Source: Nitrospiraceae bacterium (GTDB lineage Bacteria > Nitrospirota > Nitrospiria > Nitrospirales > Nitrospiraceae). From it: 38,753 bases of DNA. The position numbers and the translations under genes were made by a program. The stretch lies in the NCBI GenBank assembly GCA_037442105.1, contig JBBIQV010000007.1, positions 62,001 to 100,753 of the forward strand. Reading direction: 5' to 3'. Position 1 is the stretch's first letter. The number at the start of each line of letters is the position of its first letter. Below are positions 30,664 through 38,752 of this stretch, in pieces. The notes beneath the pieces are model-generated. The model had not been told where the DNA came from. It saw only the letters and a list, made by a program, of their open reading frames with translations, and did no database searches.

Positions 30664-32159
30664 GGCATCACCCGCTCAATCAAAAACTTGGTCTGTCCTG
30701 CTTGGAGCGTCAACGAGAGCGCCACGTCTCCTTTAAGACTTTCCCCTTGCCGGCCAACCGGAGTGATGCGCGCTTCATAGTCGCCGGGGGCGACCCAGAC
30801 TCGCGCCAGGTGGATTTCGTCCGGCAACGTCCGCCAGCTCCGCTTATCTGCCTCTTCTGAGGCCACGGCGAGACCCTTGGCGAAGAGTCCCACCAAGAGG
30901 CCGACCAACGCAGCGTTGTCGTGTCCTGCCGCTGCTTGAGCTCCTCGAGTGGCGGCTTCGGCGGCGGAGAATTTGACCGCGGCACGGGCGAGGGCTTTGG
31001 TGGTGATGCCGGGAAGCCGATCGGACAAACTTTTTTCAGCCAGCGCAGAGATGTTTTGAGCCAACTCGGTTTTTGCCGTCACCGTCCCGTCGCTCTTTGC
31101 AATAAGGTTAATATGGTCGTACGCTACGTGGGTTTTTGGGACGGTCAGTTTCGGTAATGCCACACGGACCACGCGACCGTTGAGCCCGTAGAGTACGCTA
31201 TCGACCGCTCGCTGTTCGCGGCGGTTGTGCGACGGCCCTCCCAACCCCCGATTCAAGAGCACGAGTTGAACCGCGTCCAAGCTGATCGGAAGATCGATGA
31301 ATTGATCCTCCTTTTGAGGCGCGCGGCCATTATAACTAATCACAACCACCTGAGCGAACTGCAATTGCTCCCGGGAGGATTGCCAGATCGTTTCCGGGAA
31401 TTTCTGGCGGTACTCTTCGAACTCCGTCGTCAGATGGAGCGTCTCCGCGGTTCGCAGAAGGTCGGCTCGCAGTGCGGCAGGCACCGGCGTTCGTGACCAG
31501 CCCCGTACCATCTCATAGGCTTCTGCGGCTTTGCGATACGCAATGAAGGCGTTGTTGAAATCTCCCGTCGCCTCGTACAAGATGCCGGTCAGGTAACGAG
31601 CAAACCCGTCGTCGCGATAGCCTTCTTGGTTTTGGACCTTGTCGGCAATCACGTTCAGACGGTTGTCGATGCGCCGAGCCTCCACGAGCGCCTCGTTCAG
31701 TTGCCCCATCATGGCGTAGTTCAAGGCCTTCAAGACATTGACCATCACCTGCTCGTAAGGATCACCTTCGTAAGGCAGCGCCGTATCGTTTGTGAAGAAT
31801 GCAGCCGTTTCAGTCCGAATCTTTCGCGTATACAGCCTCTCGATTTCTTCTTCCGCCTGTCCAAGTACCGCATTGCTCTGGCTGTATTGGCCGGCGAGGT
31901 GCAGCGTCATGCCTCGATCCATCCCGTACAGGACACGGCTCTTGGAGCCGTAATCTTTTTCTGCTTGCTCGACGATCGCGTCGGCGCGCTTCGGATCGTT
32001 GGCACGAAGACTGTCGTCGATGAGAGCGTATCGATTAACGGAAGGCCCACAGCCTACCAGGGTGGCGAAAAGCAGAACCGCGGCCGGTAGAAGGGCCCAC
32101 GTGGCGAGAAGACCGCCTGCACTGGGGCAAGCGCATCCGTCTGTGGTGGAGGGGCTCAA
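30660..32159 (-). CDS. COG3014-family TPR-like lipoprotein
   Basis: Lipobox LVGC, PYEGDPYEQVM, ALVEARR, ADKRSWRTLP. Confidence 0.8.
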   Translation of the reverse strand: MSPSTTDGCACPSAGGLLATWALLPAAVLLFATLVGCGPSVNRYALIDDSLRANDPKRADAIVEQAEKDYGSKSRVLYGMDRGMTLHLAGQYSQSNAVLGQAEEEIERLYTRKIRTETAAFFTNDTALPYEGDPYEQVMVNVLKALNYAMMGQLNEALVEARRIDNRLNVIADKVQNQEGYRDDGFARYLTGILYEATGDFNNAFIAYRKAAEAYEMVRGWSRTPVPAALRADLLRTAETLHLTTEFEEYRQKFPETIWQSSREQLQFAQVVVISYNGRAPQKEDQFIDLPISLDAVQLVLLNRGLGGPSHNRREQRAVDSVLYGLNGRVVRVALPKLTVPKTHVAYDHINLIAKSDGTVTAKTELAQNISALAEKSLSDRLPGITTKALARAAVKFSAAEAATRGAQAAAGHDNAALVGLLVGLFAKGLAVASEEADKRSWRTLPDEIHLARVWVAPGDYEARITPVGRQGESLKGDVALSLTLQAGQTKFLIERVMP

Positions 32160-32174
32160 CAGAGCACGTAGAGC

Positions 32175-32804
32175 CTAAAAGATTGTTCGTTTCCGCTCGA
32201 CGACTTTCTTGATCTTTTTCTGGCCGTACCAGGACTTCACGTTATTTTCCAGATCAACCATCTCCAGGTCAACCTGATAGTAGACGGCTTTCGTGCCGTC
32301 CGCTTCGTCCAGGATCGTTGAAATGGTGCCCTTCATCATATAGTCGGCGCCCAACTCTTTGCCGGGAGCTTTCTGGGTATCCTCACGGGCATGGATGGCC
32401 TGCTCCTTCCGCTCCTCGCGGATCTCCTCCCGCTCCCCTTTGCCGGCTACAAAGGTCACCTTCTGAGAATTCGTCAGCTCCCGCTGCAAGTCGGTGACGA
32501 AGGTTTGCACGTTAATGTGCTCGTGACTGCGATTCATCACAGTGCCGACCACAACGACCGGTTGGCGCCGTTTGGAGCGCGTGAAGTTATCGAGCCACGG
32601 ATTGCCGAGCGCTTCCTTTACCATGGCTTCGGCGACCATCCGTGAGTCGGTGTCGTTCCACCGGCCGCTCAAATCGGTGACCACGCCGGAGTCTACCCGC
32701 GTCACTTTGGTTTCAGCGCTGCAGCCGCCGAGCCAGGCAAACACGACTAGGAGACCGATTACGGCTCCGCCCCAGCCGGCTTGGCTTATCCCTGAATTCC
32801 GCAT
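32175..32804 (-). CDS. lpoB: Penicillin-binding protein activator LpoB family lipoprotein
   Basis: Lipobox LGGC, DLSGRWNDTD, NRSHEHI, GADYMMKGTI, YYQVDLEMVDL; GAGGAGG RBS before ATG 32804. Confidence 0.75.
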   Translation of the reverse strand: MRNSGISQAGWGGAVIGLLVVFAWLGGCSAETKVTRVDSGVVTDLSGRWNDTDSRMVAEAMVKEALGNPWLDNFTRSKRRQPVVVVGTVMNRSHEHINVQTFVTDLQRELTNSQKVTFVAGKGEREEIREERKEQAIHAREDTQKAPGKELGADYMMKGTISTILDEADGTKAVYYQVDLEMVDLENNVKSWYGQKKIKKVVERKRTIF

Positions 32805-32848
32805 GCGTCCCTCCTCTTTCTGCGCCATACTCAAATCGCCGGATCTGG

Positions 32849-33415
32849 TCAGCGGGTGGCGCGCTTGTCTTCTTCCTTCTCAAGACGCTCGAAGAGGCGA
32901 TCCGCGTTCTTTCTCACGAAGTCACGCACCTGGGCGTTGAGTTCCTTCGCCTGCTCCAGATTGTTCTTCATGTCTTCCAGGCTGAGTTTGGCAAGCACGT
33001 AATACGTATTGCTTTTCTCGTCCTTATACCGGTCGATCGGCCGAACGCCGCTGAGCGTCGTGGTGGTGACGGTCTTGATTGCCCGCTCCACGTTCTGCTC
33101 TTCGGTGTTTCGCGTAAAATCGCCCGCCGTCGTGGACGCAGAGTAATCCCGCATCAAGTATCCCGTGTACGTTTCGAAGTTCTTGGCGATCTCGGCCCGT
33201 GCGCGATTCTCGGCGGTATCCCAAGCCAACGGTTCGTTCTTGATGCCGGTCACGGACCCGACGCCGTAAAATGCCCTATCATTCTTGTCGTTGTAGGCGC
33301 CGGAGCCCTTCTTAACCCAGGTTGGAGGTCCCCCGCAGGCCGTCAAGCCGATCAGGAGAATGATGGCAAGCCCGCTTCCGGTGAGTCTGGCGAGAAGCCC
33401 CTGTGATGCGCGCAT
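32849..33415 (-). CDS. LPP20-family lipoprotein
   Basis: AAGGAGG RBS, lipobox LTAC, PPTWV, FYGVGS, AENRARAEIA. Confidence 0.8.
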   Translation of the reverse strand: MRASQGLLARLTGSGLAIILLIGLTACGGPPTWVKKGSGAYNDKNDRAFYGVGSVTGIKNEPLAWDTAENRARAEIAKNFETYTGYLMRDYSASTTAGDFTRNTEEQNVERAIKTVTTTTLSGVRPIDRYKDEKSNTYYVLAKLSLEDMKNNLEQAKELNAQVRDFVRKNADRLFERLEKEEDKRATR

Positions 33416-33527
33416 AGGTTCCTCCTTCGTGTGTAGATGCTCGTGATGTGAGAGGAAAAGTCTGGTTGCCGGCGCGTAATCTTTCATGGAAAGGCCTTGA
33501 GAGAACAGTCCAATACCGTCAAAAAAC

Positions 33528-33556
33528 ATGCTAGCATGCGGCTGGACCTCAGTCAA
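33528..33556 (-). promoter_or_regulatory. Putative sigma70 promoter of the lipoprotein operon
   Basis: TTGACT-17 nt-TAGCAT with extended -10 TGn. Confidence 0.55.
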
Positions 33557-33644
33557 CGCGACGACTGCCGAACCGTTGACAGTGACCGGCTGATCCCGGA
33601 ATATTTTTTCACAGTAAACAAGGGACGCTAAGGAGGACACACCG

Positions 33645-33815
33645 GTGGCGGAAGTTCGGATTGAAGACGGCATCATTCGGGTGGTCGAACTCGACGTGCA
33701 AGACCCCAAAGCGGCTGCGGTCTTGGCCGAGTATCCTCAAGTCCGCTGGGCTGAGATCACGAGGCGGGCGCTCAAGATCGGCTTGGGATATTTGAAGGGC
33801 GGGGCGAAGGACTGA
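33645..33815 (+). CDS. Small protein (56 aa), not in ORF track
   Basis: TAAGGAGG RBS then GTG: MAEVRIEDGIIRVVELDVQDPKAAAVLAEYPQVRWAEITRRALKIGLGYLKGGAKD*; upstream TTGACA at 33576. Confidence 0.75.
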   Translation: MAEVRIEDGIIRVVELDVQDPKAAAVLAEYPQVRWAEITRRALKIGLGYLKGGAKD

Positions 33816-33835
33816 ATGACGAACTCCCCGAGTGT

Positions 33836-35218
33836 CTACTTCTCCGGCGATGGCGCACTGCCGGCCTGTTCGACCGCGGCTCTAGCACGAGCCGAGTCGC
33901 CGCCGAGTTCTAAATAACGGCGGAAGGCTTCGACGGATTTCTTTTCATCCTTCAAGTTGTCGGCATAGAGCGTGCCGAGAGAGTAATAAACATCGGTATA
34001 CGTCGGATTCACGGTCAGGGCTTGCAGCAAGGCGCGCTCCCCTTCGGAAAACTCGCCGCGCTTTTCGAGTATCAACCCCAGGGTGTAATAAGAATCGGGA
34101 TTCTGCGGAGCGTAATGCACCGCCAGCTTCGCCGTCGCTAACGCTTCATCCAGATCCGGAAGAACTTCCAGGCGGACATAACTCTTGAGGACATACGCGT
34201 CGCCGAACGATGGATTGTACTGAATCGCTTTGTTGAGCCGTTCCAGCGCTTCCTCGGCAGACTTTTGCTGCTGGAGAAGGGCGAAGGCCTGCTCATAGTG
34301 GATTTTCGCGGCCTGCGCCCGCTCCGCATCGGTCTTCGGTTCCTTTCCAAACGTGAAAGCGGATTTCTTGCCTTCGATCAGAATCGTATCTCCGTCTCCA
34401 TCAAGCCATGCGAATCGCGGGTGCTGGGTGTTACCCGTGGCAGACTCGACCTGTTGCTGGACGTAGGTGCCCAACTCGCTGGCCATCAGCCAACCGTTTT
34501 TGTTTTGATCCGCCGAACCGTTCAGCCCAGCCACAAGCGCCGCAATAAAGGCGCTCCGTCCATCCTTCTGGACGAGGGATTCGTCTTTGTCAGCCGCAGT
34601 CAACACCTGCACCGCGCGCTTCTCGGTTTCCTCTTCCGGGGCGGCACGCCCTTCGAGTGAGAGCTGTTGCGCAGCGGTGACCTCCCATCCTCTGACGGCA
34701 GCCTCGAAGACGAACAAGGTATGCTTCGACATCGACCGCCGGCTGAACTCTTTGAGATGATCGAACGTGACAGCCTTCGAAGGATTGTTCAGTTGGGCAT
34801 CCCATGGGACCAAATAGCCGAGTTCCTTCCCCTGCGCGTCGAGGGTTGTCCTGGCGTGACCGGCGAAGAAAATGATGACGCGATCCTGCCGCCCGACTTT
34901 TCGAGGCAAGTAGTCATCGAGTACCTGCTGCAAGCGACGAAACTTGGCATCCTCGTCGTAGATTTCTACGATGTCTTCGAACCCAAGCTTTCTCAGGGCC
35001 TCGGCAACGGTTTTGGCATCCTCTACCGCGCCCGGCACCTTGGGAGCCAGCAGGTAGTTCTCGATGCCGATAATGACGGCCCAGGATTTGTAATACAGGC
35101 CTTCGGGCTTTCCAAGTTGAGCGTCGGAGACTTGCGGCAAGGACAACCCAAGCAGAAGGATCACAAGAAAGACGGGAATCAGGCGCGCGGCAAGGATCCG
35201 ATCGGCTTGTCGAGGCAT
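33836..35218 (-). CDS. Exported caspase-like (peptidase C14) domain plus TPR repeats; catalytic Cys absent
   Basis: SWAVIIGIENY, DAKTVAEAL, IIFFAGH, GYLVPWDA, ADQNKNGWLMASELG; C-terminal TPRs; signal peptide. Confidence 0.85.
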   Translation of the reverse strand: MPRQADRILAARLIPVFLVILLLGLSLPQVSDAQLGKPEGLYYKSWAVIIGIENYLLAPKVPGAVEDAKTVAEALRKLGFEDIVEIYDEDAKFRRLQQVLDDYLPRKVGRQDRVIIFFAGHARTTLDAQGKELGYLVPWDAQLNNPSKAVTFDHLKEFSRRSMSKHTLFVFEAAVRGWEVTAAQQLSLEGRAAPEEETEKRAVQVLTAADKDESLVQKDGRSAFIAALVAGLNGSADQNKNGWLMASELGTYVQQQVESATGNTQHPRFAWLDGDGDTILIEGKKSAFTFGKEPKTDAERAQAAKIHYEQAFALLQQQKSAEEALERLNKAIQYNPSFGDAYVLKSYVRLEVLPDLDEALATAKLAVHYAPQNPDSYYTLGLILEKRGEFSEGERALLQALTVNPTYTDVYYSLGTLYADNLKDEKKSVEAFRRYLELGGDSARARAAVEQAGSAPSPEK

Positions 35219-35258
35219 CGCTGGAGTAGGACCTTCGTAAATTGCCGACAGCAAAATC

Positions 35259-35288
35259 AGCCTACCCTTGCGCGCCTTCCACTGTCAA
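35259..35288 (-). promoter_or_regulatory. Putative sigma70 promoter of the caspase-like gene
   Basis: TTGACA-18 nt-TAGGCT. Confidence 0.5.
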
Positions 35289-35366
35289 GGAAGGTACACG
35301 GAGCACGGGCACGCGTAGCCCAGAATCTCCAATGGTTGGCCTGTGATGCCGGTTTTGAAGGTATGG

Positions 35367-35395
35367 TTGCAGTTCCAGACCTCCTTTATCATAAT
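35367..35395 (+). promoter_or_regulatory. Putative sigma70 promoter of acs
   Basis: TTGCAG-17 nt-CATAAT. Confidence 0.5.
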
Positions 35396-35454
35396 GGCTC
35401 CCGTATCTCAGGCGCAGCGTCACGGTGCAGTGATTTCGCGAAGGAGTGGAAACG

Positions 35455-37347
35455 ATGGAAGAAAAAATCGACACCCTGCTCAAGCAAGGAAGAGTCATCC
35501 ACCCAACCGAGCGGACGAAAGCCAACGCCTACATCACGGACTATGAGGCGGCATACCGGAAGTCGATAGCGGATCCCGAAGGGTTCTGGAGCAGCGTGGC
35601 GAAGGAATTGGAATGGTTCACGCCCTGGAACCGTGTCTTAGAGTGGAACTACCCTTGGGCCAAGTGGTTCCTCGGCGCCACGTGCAACATTTCCTACAAT
35701 TGCCTGGATCGGCACGTCAAAACCTGGCGAAAAAACAAGGTCGCCGTCATTTGGGTGGGGGAAAACGGCGAAGAGCGCATTTTCACGTATGGCGAACTCT
35801 TCCGGCAGGTCAATCGCTGTGCGAATGCGCTCAAGGCGCTCGGGCTGCGTAAGGGCGATCGTGTCACGATCTATCTTCCCAAGATTCCCGAGCAAATCGT
35901 CGCGATGCTCGCCTGCGCCAGACTCGGCGTGATCCATAGCGTAGTCTATTCAGGTTTCAGCGCACCGGCGCTCGCCAGCCGCATCCAGGATGCGGAAGCG
36001 CGAGTCGTCATCACGGCGGACGTCGGCTATGACCGTGGCAAAACCATCAATCTCAAAGACGTGGTGGACCAGGCGCTCATCACGTGCGGCACGGTGGAAA
36101 CCGTTGTGGTGGTCCGGCGCGAGAAACCCGGCGTGACCTTATCGGCTCCCAAAGAAATCGACTGGGAAGATTGGCTGAAGGGTGAGAAGCCGGTCTGTGA
36201 GGCAGAGCGGCTGGATGCGGAGACACCTTTATATATCCTTTATACCTCGGGGACGACCGGCAAGCCCAAAGGCGTCGTGCACGTGCACGGTGGGTACATG
36301 GTCGGGACCTACATCACGACGAAGTACGTGTTCGATCTCAAGGAAGAGGATGTCTATTTCTGCGTGGCTGATCCTGGCTGGGTCACCGGCCACAGCTACA
36401 TTGTGTATGGGCCGCTGCTCAACGGCGCGACGATTTTGACGGCGGAGGGCAAGCCGGACTATCCCAACCCGGGACGCTGGTGGGAGTTGATCGAACGGTA
36501 CGGCGTGTCGATCTTCTATACGACCCCGACCGCGATCCGCCTGTTGATGAAGTACGGTGAGGAATGGCCCAAGAAGTCCGATCTCTCCACCTTGCGGGTG
36601 TTGGGAAGCGTCGGCGAGCCGATCAATCCGGAAGCGTGGGAATGGTTCCACCGCGCGACCGGCAGCGACAAGCCGATCATGGACACCTGGTGGCAAACGG
36701 AGACGGGAATGATTCTCGTCACCCCCCTCCCCTGCGTCCCGTTGAAGCCAGGCTCAGCCACGAGACCATTTCTCGGCATCGAAGCAGACGTAGTCGATCG
36801 AGAGGGAAAGAGTCTTCCTGCAAATGCCGGTGGCTTTGCGGTGATCAAGAAACCATGGCCCTCCATGATGCGGACGATCTACAAGGACCCGGATCGTTAC
36901 AAGGTCTATTGGAACACGATCCCGAACGCGTACACGGCGGGCGACGTGTGCCGGAAGGACGACGACGGCTACATGTGGTTTATGGGCCGTGCGGACGACG
37001 TCATCAAAGTCGCCGGCAATCGCATCGGCACGGCCGAAGTGGAAAGCGCGCTGGTCAGCCATCCGGCCGTGGCGGAAGCGGCGGTCATCGGCAAGCCGCA
37101 CAAGACGGTGGGAGAATCGATCAAAGCGTTTGTCATTCTGAAACAGGGCCAGCAGCAGGACGGGCGAGAACTGATCCAATCCATGAAGGACCATGTCTTG
37201 AAAGAACTGGGCAAAATCGCCGTCCCGCAGGAAATCGACATCGTGCCATCGCTGCCCAAAACGCGCTCCGGCAAGATCATGCGGCGGGTGCTGAAGGCCA
37301 AAGAGCTCGGACAAGATCCCGGCGATATCTCGACCATCGAGGAATAA
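35455..37347 (+). CDS. acs: Acetyl-CoA synthetase (acetate-CoA ligase)
   Basis: YTSGTTGKPKG, GWVTGHSY, SVGEPINPEAW, DTWWQTETG, PKTRSGKIMRR; AAGGAG RBS before ATG 35455. Confidence 0.97.
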   Translation: MEEKIDTLLKQGRVIHPTERTKANAYITDYEAAYRKSIADPEGFWSSVAKELEWFTPWNRVLEWNYPWAKWFLGATCNISYNCLDRHVKTWRKNKVAVIWVGENGEERIFTYGELFRQVNRCANALKALGLRKGDRVTIYLPKIPEQIVAMLACARLGVIHSVVYSGFSAPALASRIQDAEARVVITADVGYDRGKTINLKDVVDQALITCGTVETVVVVRREKPGVTLSAPKEIDWEDWLKGEKPVCEAERLDAETPLYILYTSGTTGKPKGVVHVHGGYMVGTYITTKYVFDLKEEDVYFCVADPGWVTGHSYIVYGPLLNGATILTAEGKPDYPNPGRWWELIERYGVSIFYTTPTAIRLLMKYGEEWPKKSDLSTLRVLGSVGEPINPEAWEWFHRATGSDKPIMDTWWQTETGMILVTPLPCVPLKPGSATRPFLGIEADVVDREGKSLPANAGGFAVIKKPWPSMMRTIYKDPDRYKVYWNTIPNAYTAGDVCRKDDDGYMWFMGRADDVIKVAGNRIGTAEVESALVSHPAVAEAAVIGKPHKTVGESIKAFVILKQGQQQDGRELIQSMKDHVLKELGKIAVPQEIDIVPSLPKTRSGKIMRRVLKAKELGQDPGDISTIEE

Positions 37348-37396
37348 GAGACGGCTGGTCTGCCGAGCCGTTGGGAGAGAAGAAGGTGAGCAGAAA

Positions 37397-37618
37397 ATGT
37401 ATGGAGCAAGAAAACCCGGCGAGCCGATTTATCTGAGACGCCACATGGTCGCGCTCGCCCTGGCGGTGGCCTTGCCGATTGTGCTGTTCCAACTCTACAA
37501 AATCTACGTCGGGCCAATCGGTCTCGGCGTCCAGATGGGAATCGGCTTGGTGGTTTCCGTCGTCGCTGGAACCGTGCTCTATCTCACCTGCAGGTCCTCT
37601 GTGCAGAACCAGCCCTAG
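37397..37618 (+). CDS. Small two-TM membrane protein
   Basis: Two hydrophobic segments; AAGGTG RBS-like element; follows acs. Confidence 0.65.
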   Translation: MYGARKPGEPIYLRRHMVALALAVALPIVLFQLYKIYVGPIGLGVQMGIGLVVSVVAGTVLYLTCRSSVQNQP

Positions 37619-37747
37619 CCACCTTTGGGGAACCTGCTAGTTTCCGCGCCAGGAGATCGTGCGGTCGCTCGCTGAAATTCAGAACATCCCCACTTTCCTC
37701 ACCCCTCGCCTGACCTTCAATGACGGACGGCATCGTCCCCTCCAGCC

Positions 37748-37806
37748 TCATAACACTTGGCGTGAGCTGCTCGCTTCGGCGAGTCGGCTCCATGCCTTCG
37801 TTAGGC
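37748..37806 (-). other. attC site (59 bp) closing the hicBA cassette
   Basis: Minus strand: R'' GCCTAAC-GAAGG-L'' CATGGAGC-CGACTCGCCGAAGCGAGCA-L' GCTCACG-CCAAGT-R' GTTATGA; begins 1 nt after the hicA stop. Confidence 0.88.
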
Positions 37807-37807
37807 T

Positions 37808-37996
37808 TCACTTGATTCTTGGGACCCCAAGATCCTTGCAGATCTTACGTGCCAAGTCGTCATCGATTTCGTTATGCCTCGGAACTGCCGAACGTTTGTT
37901 CTGGCTGGGATTATGCCACCACGAATGCCGACCGCCTTCCCTCAGCAACTCACACTGATGCTTCCTGAGATGACGAAGAAGTTCTTCTCGTTTCAT
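37808..37996 (-). CDS. hicA: HicA family toxin
   Basis: 62 aa, LLREGGRHSWW..., SAVPRHNEI...ARKICKDL. Confidence 0.92.
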   Translation of the reverse strand: MKREELLRHLRKHQCELLREGGRHSWWHNPSQNKRSAVPRHNEIDDDLARKICKDLGVPRIK

Positions 37997-38205
37997 ACGG
38001 CGATAGGCTCTTCTTGAAAGCCCTCGCCTGCCGCCTCGAGCGCCTCACGGCGATTGAACTCCAGCGCCTCTTGGAGCGTGGCCTTCAGAGTCTCGAGTAA
38101 TTCCTCTTTGGTCCCCTCCTGGCAATTGACGCCTGGCACCTCCTCAATCCATCCGATCCACCACGGACCAGACTGCTTAATGACTGCTGTGTAAGTTTCC
38201 CGCAT
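37993..38205 (-). CDS. hicB: HicB family antitoxin (short form)
   Basis: YTAVIKQSGPWWIGWIEEVPGVNCQEGTKEELLETLK; GGGAGG RBS; ATGA overlap with hicA. Confidence 0.92.
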   Translation of the reverse strand: MRETYTAVIKQSGPWWIGWIEEVPGVNCQEGTKEELLETLKATLQEALEFNRREALEAAGEGFQEEPIAV

Positions 38206-38233
38206 GCAAACCTCCCATTGGTTGTTGCTCATG

Positions 38234-38251
38234 AGCCGAACGCTTAGGCAT
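38234..38251 (-). other. Right-half attC remnant (partial L', spacer, R')
   Basis: Minus strand ATGCC-TAAGC-GTTCGGC(TCA). GTTCGGCTCA is near-complementary to TGAAGCCTAAC at the other end of the hicBA cassette. Confidence 0.65.
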
Positions 38252-38363
38252 CGACACAGCTCAAAAACTCCTCCCCCAAACCGATCCGCCGCCCCTCGTA
38301 CCAGGCGTGCGCCTCTGCGACATCTTGCTCGGCCTCCGGCGCAACGATCAACTTAGCGGCCAT
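38244..38363 (-). pseudogene. Truncated RelE/ParE family toxin (39 aa)
   Basis: MAAKLIVAPEAEQDVAEAHAWYEGRRIGLGEEFLSCVDA* is a ParE-like N-terminus that overlaps the antitoxin end and stops at the attC remnant. Confidence 0.85.
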
Positions 38364-38577
38364 CGCGACTTCGGACTCTTCGTTTGACTTCTTCCCACGT
38401 GAGTCCGGAGGCCGGGCTTGTCATCAGGCGGGCCTTTCTCCGGGCCAGCTCTTCCTTTTGCCAGTCATGAACTGGGACCGCTTGGGGAGTGGCCGCAAGG
38501 TCATCCCACAAGTCCTCGACGAGCTGAAGTTTTTCTGACGGACTCAGATCAAAGATCGAGGTATTGGTTGGGCTCAT
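38353..38577 (-). CDS. Putative addiction module antitoxin (TIGR02574-like)
   Basis: LSPSEKLQLVEDLWDDL...WQKEELARR...TWEEVKRRV; AGGAGG RBS before ATG 38577. Confidence 0.9.
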   Translation of the reverse strand: MSPTNTSIFDLSPSEKLQLVEDLWDDLAATPQAVPVHDWQKEELARRKARLMTSPASGLTWEEVKRRVRSRDGR

Positions 38578-38624
38578 CTGAAATCCTCCTGCAATGGCGT
38601 TCAAGCATGACGAATCATTCTGCT

Positions 38625-38688
38625 GCCGAATGACCCCGCTAAGCGGCGGTGCGCTTGCGCGCCGTCCGGCTTGAGCGGGTAGTGAGAC
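38625..38688 (-). other. attC site (64 bp) with mutated core triplets
   Basis: Minus strand: GTCTCAC-TACCC-GCTCAAGC-CGGACGGCGCGCAAGCGCACCGCC-GCTTAGC-GGGGTC-ATTCGGC. The L boxes pair with one extra base; AAC is changed to CAC and GTT to ATT. Confidence 0.8.
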
Positions 38689-38752
38689 GCCGAGAGGAAC
38701 GTGCCACCTTCAGGAGGGAGCGCAAAGCCTCGTTCACCGATGTCGAATCGCG
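38639..38752 (-). CDS. C-terminus of a probable BrnA-like antitoxin (partial; reads into attC)
   Basis: ...RDSTSVNEALRSLLKVARSSRRLTTRSSRTARKRTAA*. The DS.SVNEALR.L motif resembles antitoxins paired with BrnT toxins; only 37 residues are visible. Confidence 0.6.
   Translation of the reverse strand, partial: RDSTSVNEALRSLLKVARSSRRLTTRSSRTARKRTAA

Noticed and set aside
37584..37811. 75-aa minus-strand ORF MKPNEGMEPTRRSEQLTPSV...
   Set aside because: The N-terminal part is a translation of the attC site, not a credible gene.
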